A DNA stretch of 57,110 nt from Candidatus Xenobia bacterium. GTDB taxonomy: Bacteria; Vulcanimicrobiota; Xenobia; Xenobiales; QWHO01. Under the pieces are notes generated by a model. That model ran no database searches. It was not told where the DNA came from and saw nothing but the letters and a program-made list of their open reading frames with translations. The stretch lies in assembly GCA_045863235.1 (NCBI GenBank), contig BTUM01000052.1:1-57110 (forward strand), in the 5' to 3' direction. Each line of letters begins with the position of its first letter. Position 1 is the first letter of the stretch. Shown piece after piece: positions 19,201-25,599 of the stretch. The translations under genes and the position numbers were made by a program.

Positions 19201-19437
19201 GCGGAGGGTGGATTTGATGGCCGCCTGCTTGGGGTCGTCCCCCATCCCCTCCAGAGCGACGCCGAACACCTGGGCCATCACCTGGGCCATCGCGGCGTTC
19301 ATATCCTCGGCGTTCTTGATCTCGATGACCTGGACTTGCTCTTGTTGCGTTGGCTTGTTCCCCGCTGCCTGCTCTTCTTGCTGGGTCCGGCGCGGCCCGT
19401 TCAAGAAGGCTCCTCTGGCGCTCTCGTGGATGTTCAT
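16240..19437 (-). CDS. Large clostripain-related (C11, clan CD) cysteine peptidase with C-terminal glycine-zipper hydrophobic segments
   Basis: M.DP.TL.DF, VAGHGG (catalytic His), IIGSCLMG (catalytic Cys), ASPE; GxxxG-rich C-terminus; no Sec signal. Confidence 0.8.
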   Translation of the reverse strand: MNIHESARGAFLNGPRRTQQEEQAAGNKPTQQEQVQVIEIKNAEDMNAAMAQVMAQVFGVALEGMGDDPKQAAIKSTLRDLESNGYKAVKAEARDIQRSHDAGFESLVRFKEPKGVTVSFRNPAELDKFAELVKGQGDAETVKLRDQLRQFQLAGDSFYFPRGEGSFMKPGPDWLRTDANGAALMLGRGEPVHRVTGDGQVLPLKSKSAVASSTPEPADPKKSAIGRTVDTVEALGIDIAPMQELPENLSVTDIAEMARHNLAELKKIRRDPEAQLRMRAEIVETLNKGGFVTVGFPNGSNGLGDQGVTLNAGQLEKLIPFEAAPTPEQVAFKTSFENLEKSGHVMLGRGMAGINAGMLSKADARIGYLTLAEGGEMVVLDPKGGLHSLKKLDQLTTLEQNGKIPHTNTPVDPAKPKTNLFMLYFVSPFDPLEKGIYEDLPLRMSDVGSGDHMDMVTLRSDLPHKKNLTMDYIQKGELQEIERLDAANTHMNDPKTLEDFVYKSIKAHPDDQKIRLMVAGHGGAEKGLCPDGPDNNAAAHNAMPVDDFAGAIKKALDRVEAETGKRPVIDNLIIGSCLMGNTSFINALAQTGDIKALSASPEVLMGNDPEAIFSYLNDPKTANADAHTYARDLVDIVQGHAAFPGGKKNMQFADTFGAYDLDKTKAQKFESELNNFWKVCLAHPDSAKHIKEDIWACPTYGVNQVMNTMMDVDDRDIIQVAERIQGDARIPQAIKDQCAKLIAAANDQVLVQKVNNRYEGRQGATLYLPVDRFDFDEKMGETALLKSGDYKQFMDMIFDAPLHRNVIDNLFTGINRVTEQMRNDKKAQTPEEKAQAEAMAEMKKQMGKGQKEMQERMALKALEEPPEMGAVARTARFVGQGIRTVCTVAGALAGAAVGIVIGAPVGLLLGAKAGFSGHSIASKGYEAPLEDKKKGPSDPMKELQKAMDPMAAIKDAVPGIARLVVQGALTPTEYVGEKVNKKLSYSHGTAVGKLAGTFAGAGGGVLGGAASGAAVGGLVGGGIARALASVVTFWTPKPPSKPEEPGIMGIPLSAMFGPPPDEEKA

Positions 19438-19716
19438 GACGTTGCTCCCGTCCTGTGACTCAATGGCAGGGGGGCCACTGGCTTAGGGTCAGATTACGAG
19501 AGCCGACTTAAAAATGTATAAAAACTCTGTCGCGTGGACCTTCTCTCCTCATGCAACCTTGAGAATGAGGTGCGCGCTGAGGTCTCACAGGGCGCGCAGG
19601 TCTCTCAGCCAATCCAGCTGCACGTGGACTCCGGTTCCTCGCCAGCACGTTTGTTCGCGAGGAGATCCGCAGCAGAGTTTGAATTTCCTTCAATCACACT
19701 GCAAGGACGGCAAGCG

Positions 19717-20355
19717 ATGGCCAAGCTCTACTTCCGATACGGTGCCATGGGGAGCGCCAAGACCCTGAACCTGTTGGCGGTGCGCCACAACTACGAGCAG
19801 CAGGGCAAGAAGGTGGTGCTGCTCAAGCCGGCCCTGGATGATCGCTTCGGGGCCGAGACGGTGCGCTCGCGGGCAGGGATGGAGCATCGGGCCGACCTGC
19901 TCGTTGGGCCCGAGAGCCAGCTTGATTTCGAGGCTTTCCGCGGGGTCTACTGCGTGCTGGTGGACGAGTGCCAGTTCCTCTCGGCCCAGATGGTCGAGCA
20001 GCTGCGCGAGCTGACCCGGGTGATGGACATCCCGGTTATCGCCTACGGGCTGCGCACCGACTTCCGCACCCGCCTGTTCGAGGGCTCGGCCCGCTTGATG
20101 GAGCTGGCCGACAGCCTGGAGGAGATCAAGACCACCTGCCGCTTCTGCAACCGTAAGGCGGTGTTCAACCTGCGCCACGACGCCTCGGGGCGGGCCGTGC
20201 TGGACGGTCCCTCGGTGCAACTTGGAGCGGACACGACCTATTCGCCGGTCTGCTGGCCCTGCTATCACGAGAAAACCCACCACGACCTGCCCCCCGGCTG
20301 CCTCGAGCTGGCCCGTCCAATGGTGGCAGAGTGGGCTGACCTGCAGCGGGTCTGA
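19717..20355 (+). CDS. tdk: Thymidine kinase
   Basis: MAKLYFRYGAMGSAKT, LVDECQF, YGLRTDF..LFEGS, C..C.RKA and Y..VC..C zinc site. Confidence 0.96.
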   Translation: MAKLYFRYGAMGSAKTLNLLAVRHNYEQQGKKVVLLKPALDDRFGAETVRSRAGMEHRADLLVGPESQLDFEAFRGVYCVLVDECQFLSAQMVEQLRELTRVMDIPVIAYGLRTDFRTRLFEGSARLMELADSLEEIKTTCRFCNRKAVFNLRHDASGRAVLDGPSVQLGADTTYSPVCWPCYHEKTHHDLPPGCLELARPMVAEWADLQRV

Positions 20356-20370
20356 GCGCCCCGTGTTAAA

Positions 20371-20721
20371 TCAGGCTGCGGGTTTCTCGAGCTGATCGAG
20401 GCGGCGGTCGATCTCGTCGAGTCGGGCTTCGATGTCCTGGCCCGAGTCGCGCAACGCGGAACGGAGCAGCTCCAATTGCTGCCCCGTCTGTTCGGTGTAA
20501 CGGACCAGCCCGGTCTCGACCCGCCCCAGTGCCTGGTTGGTCTCGACCAAACCCTCCTGCATCTGCACCAGCCCTGCCTGGGTCTGTGCCAGTCCATCCC
20601 GGGTCTGTGCCAGTCCATCTCGGGTCTGTGCCATCGCGATCATGACCAGTCGAAAATCCCCACTCTGCTGCTCTTGAATCTGTTGTAAGGTTTGCTCGAG
20701 TTGCTCCCAGCGGTGGTTCAT
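20371..20721 (-). CDS. Small coiled-coil protein with heptad tandem repeats
   Basis: GGGAGG RBS before ATG 20721; AQTRDGL-AQTRDGL-AQTQAGL-VQMQEGL-VETNQAL; 21-bp repeats at 20580-20633. Confidence 0.75.
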   Translation of the reverse strand: MNHRWEQLEQTLQQIQEQQSGDFRLVMIAMAQTRDGLAQTRDGLAQTQAGLVQMQEGLVETNQALGRVETGLVRYTEQTGQQLELLRSALRDSGQDIEARLDEIDRRLDQLEKPAA

Positions 20722-20816
20722 CGATGCCTCCCATCGTAGTCTAGCACGAGCATACCAGTCGTGCCACACCGGATCAGTGACATTCGGTACCGAACAGCGC
20801 ACGAACAGGCAGCCGT

Positions 20817-21163
20817 TCATCCATCGAGCTCGATGTCGTGCTTGCTCACCGGGAGGTCGGCCTCGAGCGAGATCTCGTGGCGCAGCCGGTGCTGGGCGAG
20901 CAGGATGGCCAGCTCGCGATCCCCCTCCTCGAGCCGGCGACCCTGCTCCAGCTCATCCAGATCGGCCTGGCCGACCCGCCCCAACCAGAGGTCATCCGGC
21001 GCCCACCAGACCCAGTGCTCGCCCTCGAGCTCGGTGATGAGGTAGCCGCGGGGTTGCCCATCCGGGCATCCACGGCCAGACTCTCCAGGGCAGCCCGGCG
21101 CTTCCCTCGCGAGAACCAGCCGGTGCTCGCATCCAGTCTCCGCAGCTCACCTTCGACCGACAT
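20817..21163 (-). pseudogene. Internally deleted remnant of a paralog of the 171..2387 WD40 gene
   Basis: N-terminus MSVEGELRRLDAS...RRAALESLA is joined out of frame near 21045 to ...VGQADLDELE...LLAQHRLRHEISLEADLPVSKHDIELDG-stop. Both ends resemble the ends of the WD40 protein. Confidence 0.7.
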
Positions 21164-21286
21164 CGGCTGGCGTTTCGGCTCGCAAGAGTGGCGTCCTGGC
21201 GCATTTGCGGCAAGAATTGAAGAGCATGGTCACTTCCTCCCGCGCAGGACCTCGGATTTCAGGGCTTCGTCTTGATGCACGAGAGT

Positions 21287-24136
21287 TTAGCTGAGCGCCG
21301 CCAACAGCTGCCTGGCCTGCTCTTCCAGTGCCGGTTGACCGATCTGGCTGGCCTGCTCAGCGGCCTGGCTGGCCTCGCGTGCTGCCTCTTGCTTCTGGCC
21401 CCGGGCCTGGAGCACGCCGGCTGCGCCGAGGCGGGCTTCCACCTCTACGGCCGGATAGCCGGCTCGGCCGGCCAGCTCCAGCGAGCGCTCGAAGGCCTGC
21501 CACGCCTCTTCCAGCTGGTTCAGTTTGAGCAGCGCAGCTCCCAGGTTGACCCACCAGATGCTCTGGTTGGCCAGGTCGTGGCAGCGCTGGCTGCACTCCA
21601 GGGCAGTGCGGAAGGCGGCGCAGGCCTCTTCGAGCTGGCCGGCGTCCTGCTGGGCCAGACCCAGGCTGCCCACCAGATTCCCCTCCATGCGCACGTCCTG
21701 AAGCTGGTGGGCCAGGTCGCGGGCGGCCTCCAGGTAAGTGGTGGCTGTCTCCACCTGGCCCTGGGCCAGGGCCGCAAAGGCCAGTGAGCGCAGCGCCAGC
21801 GCTTCTCGGCGCCTGTCTCCGGCGGCCACGGCGGCGGCTCGGGCGGCCACGAAGTGGGCCTGCGCTTCCTGATAGCGGGCCAGGTCGTAGTCCACCGAGC
21901 CCAGGGCATACTGCACGTCGGCCAGCCAGCGACCCTCGGGGGAGCGGGCCAGCACCTCACCCAGGCAAGCTTCGGCTTCCTCCAGCCGGCTTTTGCGCAA
22001 GAGCACCAGCCCCCGACGGGCCGCAAACCGCAGGGCCAGGTCGGGGTAGGGCTGGGCGGCCGAGAGTCCCCGGTCGGCCAGCTCCAGGGCCTGGTCGAAG
22101 TGGGAGAGTTGCTCTTCGGTTTCCAGGCGCAACAAGAGTAGCTCGAGCCGGCTGTGCTCCAGGGCCGTTCCGGTGAAGTGGGCCAGGGCGGCTTCGGCGC
22201 CCTCCAGGGCGCTCAGGGCGGCTTTGAAGTGGGAGCCTTCATGGGCCGCCCGAGCCTGGGCGGCGTGATAGGTCAGAGCCCGGCCCCAGTCCTGGGCTTG
22301 CTCGGCGTGATAGGCCAGCCGACCGGGCGAGGAGGCGTGCTCGGGCTCGAGCGCCTCCAGGGCCAGCCGGTGCAGCAGACGCTTGTTCTGCACCAGCAAC
22401 GAGTCCTCCACCACCTCCTGGACCAGCCCGTTGGCGAAGACGTAGAGTTCGCCCGCATCGCTCCAGCCTGTGCGGGGGCGCGAGGAGCGCATCAGAAATC
22501 CCTCTTTCTCCAGGCGCTCGCTCTGGTCGGTCAGCTCGATGCCAGCCCCGCGGCAGACCCGCTCCAGGTTGGAGCGAGAAAATTCGCGACCCAGCACGGC
22601 GGCCATCTGCAAGACGGTCTTCAGGCCCGTCTCCAGCCGGTCCACCCGGGAGAGGACCGCTCCCTGCAGGCTGGCCGGCAGCTCGTCCAGGCCGCGGCTG
22701 GTCAGCTCCAGGCCCTGGGGCCCAAAGGACAGAGCGCCTTGCTCGCGAGCGTGGGCCACCAGCTCGCCCAGCACGAAAGGGTTGCCGCCGGCCCGGTCCA
22801 GAAAGGCCTCCTGGGTGGCAGGATCGACCGGCTCGCCCAGCAGCTCGAGCAGCAGTTGACGGGTGGCTTCCGGGCCGAGCGGGGCCAGGCGTAGCGCCAG
22901 GGACGGGGTGATCCATTCCACCGGGGTGCGGCTGGTCATGATCAGCGGCAGGGGAGCCTCCTGCTCGTAGAGGAAGCTCAGCACCCCCAGGCTGCCCTCC
23001 TCGATCCACTGGGCGTCCTCCAGGCGCAGGGTCAGATGCTGGCCCCGGCGCTCGGCCTCCTTGCCGGCGGCCCGAAAGAAGCTCTGGAAGGCCAGCTGCA
23101 GTTGCAGTGAGCGGGCCCGGGGGTCGAGCTCCTCCTCCGGGTGGCCCTCGAGCAGGGCCGACAGCGTCTCCACCGCTCCGCTCGTCTCCCAGCTCCGACA
23201 GGATGCCAGCTCTCCGCCCTCCAGCCGCAGGGCTATCCCCCGCGTCCAGGCCAGCAAGGCCCCGTAGAGCTGGCGACCGTAAGGCACGCACTGGGCGCGC
23301 ACGCAGAGCGACGCGGTCTGGACCTCCTCGGCCAGCCGGCTCTTGCCGATTCCGGCCTCGCCCTCCAGAAGCGAGGAGCCGCAACCGTCCCAGCGGCTCA
23401 GCTCCTCGAGCTCGCGCTCTCTTCCCACCAGGGGAGCGGCCGGCAGCGAGTCCGTCTGGACCAGCTCGACCCGGGGAGCTCCCAGCACGAACAGCTCGCG
23501 TTCCTCACTCTTGCCTTTGAGGTGGTGACGCCCGAAGGGGACGAACTCGAAGCGGTCGGCCATGGCCCGGGCCAGTTCGTCGAGCACCAGGGCACCGTTG
23601 GCCGGAGCCAGTCCTTCCAGGCGCTTGGCCACGTTGATGGCATCCCCGGCCCCGGTCCACTCCAGCCGGTCCCCCACGCTCACCCGCGACAGGGCGATGC
23701 GACCGTAGTTGATGCCGATCCGCACCGCGACGTCCAGCTGGGCCTCCCGGCAGACCGGCTGGATGGCTTCCACCTGCTGCAGGATGGCCAGGGCCGCCCG
23801 GCAGGCCATCTCGCGAGGGTCGATGCGGGCCTGGGCGGGCGGGAAGATGGCGTAGATCGCATCTCCCAGGAACTGCAGCACCACCCCCCGGTGCTCGGCG
23901 ATAGCCTGGGAGAACGACTGGAAGACGGTCTGGTGGATGAAGAGCGAGAGCTCGTCGGGGGCGAGTTGCTCGGCCAGGCCCGTGAAACCTCGAACATCCA
24001 GAAACAGGATGGCAACATGGCGGAGATCCCCCTCCTGTAGACGCACGGCGGCCCGGGGAGCGGCCGTTTCGCGCCGAGCCCCCGACAGACCCGACCGCAG
24101 CCGGGCGACCAGGTCTTGAACCGAGCCAGAAGCCAT
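21287..24136 (-). CDS. Class III adenylate/guanylate cyclase + AAA ATPase + TPR protein
   Basis: ILFLDVRGFT, FLGDA, VRIGINYG, GDAINVAKRLE, LKGK, LVGRERE, GEAGIGKSRL, EDAQW, GGNPF, then TPRs. Start taken at ATG 24136. Confidence 0.92.
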   Translation of the reverse strand: MASGSVQDLVARLRSGLSGARRETAAPRAAVRLQEGDLRHVAILFLDVRGFTGLAEQLAPDELSLFIHQTVFQSFSQAIAEHRGVVLQFLGDAIYAIFPPAQARIDPREMACRAALAILQQVEAIQPVCREAQLDVAVRIGINYGRIALSRVSVGDRLEWTGAGDAINVAKRLEGLAPANGALVLDELARAMADRFEFVPFGRHHLKGKSEERELFVLGAPRVELVQTDSLPAAPLVGRERELEELSRWDGCGSSLLEGEAGIGKSRLAEEVQTASLCVRAQCVPYGRQLYGALLAWTRGIALRLEGGELASCRSWETSGAVETLSALLEGHPEEELDPRARSLQLQLAFQSFFRAAGKEAERRGQHLTLRLEDAQWIEEGSLGVLSFLYEQEAPLPLIMTSRTPVEWITPSLALRLAPLGPEATRQLLLELLGEPVDPATQEAFLDRAGGNPFVLGELVAHAREQGALSFGPQGLELTSRGLDELPASLQGAVLSRVDRLETGLKTVLQMAAVLGREFSRSNLERVCRGAGIELTDQSERLEKEGFLMRSSRPRTGWSDAGELYVFANGLVQEVVEDSLLVQNKRLLHRLALEALEPEHASSPGRLAYHAEQAQDWGRALTYHAAQARAAHEGSHFKAALSALEGAEAALAHFTGTALEHSRLELLLLRLETEEQLSHFDQALELADRGLSAAQPYPDLALRFAARRGLVLLRKSRLEEAEACLGEVLARSPEGRWLADVQYALGSVDYDLARYQEAQAHFVAARAAAVAAGDRRREALALRSLAFAALAQGQVETATTYLEAARDLAHQLQDVRMEGNLVGSLGLAQQDAGQLEEACAAFRTALECSQRCHDLANQSIWWVNLGAALLKLNQLEEAWQAFERSLELAGRAGYPAVEVEARLGAAGVLQARGQKQEAAREASQAAEQASQIGQPALEEQARQLLAALS

Positions 24137-24338
24137 CGGCCGGGCCTTCGCGCGAGCTGGCCGGAGCCCTGGCAACTCGTGGAACTTGGTTTCGGGCCCG
24201 GCGAATTTCAGGCGAAGTTCACATCGATGCAATGATTCGTGCGGCCCCGAGCGCCTACACTCTGGGCTGCGGCCGAGCCGGATCAGGGGCGGTGGACCGA
24301 GCGGCCGCGAGCGAGATTGTTGCATGGGAGCCCGAACG

Positions 24339-25562
24339 ATGACCAGCATCCCCCGGTCCAACTACTCCTTCACCGAGCAGGGAAGGATCCACAACGTCCA
24401 CCCCGAGCGTCTGAGCGAGGCGGCCGGAATCGACACCAACCAGGACGGGGCCCTGCAAGACGACGAGATCGCCGCCTACCTCGAGCGCACAGACTCCATG
24501 CACGACCACGAGGGCCACACCATCGACAGGGATCGGGTGCTGACCGAGTTCAAGTTCCACCTGCGCAAGGAGATCAACCCCGAGGTCGCCGGCTACCCGA
24601 GCTACGAGGAGGTGGCCGCCGACCTCTCGCGACTCGAGCGCACCTATCCCAACCTGGCCGAGCGGGTCAGCCTGGGCAAGACCCACGAGGGCCGCGACAT
24701 CTGGGCCCTCAAGATCAGCAAAGGAGCCCGTTGCGAAGATACCAAGAGCCGGACCGGCATCGTCTTGACCGGCTGCCACCACGCTCGCGAGTGGATGTCG
24801 GTGCAACCGCCCCTCAAGGTGGCCCATGAGCTGCTCGAGGGTTACGCCACCAACGCCGACATGAAGCGCCGAGTGGACAACGCCGAGATCTGGGTGGTGC
24901 CCGTGGTCAACCCCGACGGCTACGAGTACAGCCGCAGCGAGGACAGCTGGTGGCGCAAGAACCGCCAGCCGGTTGTTCAGGACGCTTGCGGCGAGGCCAC
25001 CGACGCCATCGGCACCGACCTCAATCGCAACTACGCCTCGCCTGACCCTCAGCACGCCACTTTGTACCGGCCCGAAGGGGACACGCCCTGCTCGACCTCC
25101 GACGACTTCGGCTGGGCCACCAGCGACTATCCGCACTCGGATACCTTCCGCGGCCGGACCCCCGCCTCCGAGCCCGAGGTCCAGGCGATGCTCAACCTGG
25201 AGCTGAACCGGGGCAACATCAAAGGCGTCATCGACCACCACGGGTACGGCGAGATGGTTCTGCACCCCTGGGGCCACACCGAGGAGCCGGCGCCGGGCCA
25301 CGAGCGCCTCGTCGAGGTGGGCAACCGGATGAACCGCGCCATCGGCGAGAATGAGCCCTTCCGGGTGATGGCCTCGTCGGAGCTCTATCCCACCTCGGGA
25401 ACCTCCGATGACATCCTGTATGCCCACGGCATCTTCAACTACACGCTGGAGATCGGGCGCAGCTTCCAGCCTCCGGTCTCACAGATCGGTCCCATCAGCG
25501 AGTCGGTGGCCCGGGCCAACATGGTGTTCATCGATGAAGTGCTGGCTCACGGCGGCGCCTGA
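24339..25562 (+). CDS. M14 zinc carboxypeptidase (carboxypeptidase T-like) with N-terminal EF-hand
   Basis: HHAREW, NPDGY, WRKNR, DLNRNY, SEPEV, DHHGYG, YTLEIG; EF-hand loop DTNQDGALQDDE; GGGAG RBS. Confidence 0.92.
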   Translation: MTSIPRSNYSFTEQGRIHNVHPERLSEAAGIDTNQDGALQDDEIAAYLERTDSMHDHEGHTIDRDRVLTEFKFHLRKEINPEVAGYPSYEEVAADLSRLERTYPNLAERVSLGKTHEGRDIWALKISKGARCEDTKSRTGIVLTGCHHAREWMSVQPPLKVAHELLEGYATNADMKRRVDNAEIWVVPVVNPDGYEYSRSEDSWWRKNRQPVVQDACGEATDAIGTDLNRNYASPDPQHATLYRPEGDTPCSTSDDFGWATSDYPHSDTFRGRTPASEPEVQAMLNLELNRGNIKGVIDHHGYGEMVLHPWGHTEEPAPGHERLVEVGNRMNRAIGENEPFRVMASSELYPTSGTSDDILYAHGIFNYTLEIGRSFQPPVSQIGPISESVARANMVFIDEVLAHGGA

Positions 25563-25599
25563 ACAAAGGTCGCCTTCGAGCCGGGTCGAATAAGCGGCT

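Noticed and set aside
16477..19458. 993-aa plus-strand ORF, and similar long antisense ORFs (25708..27819, 28000..30237, 33262..34908, 36455..38590, 42647..45241)
   Set aside because: Antisense shadows of well-supported genes, expected at high GC; no motifs of their own.
25563..25599. sigma28-type promoter AAAG-N16-GTCGAATA (similar element near 11440-11465)
   Set aside because: Only a loose match to TAAA-N15-GCCGATAA with inconsistent spacing; too weak to list as a feature.
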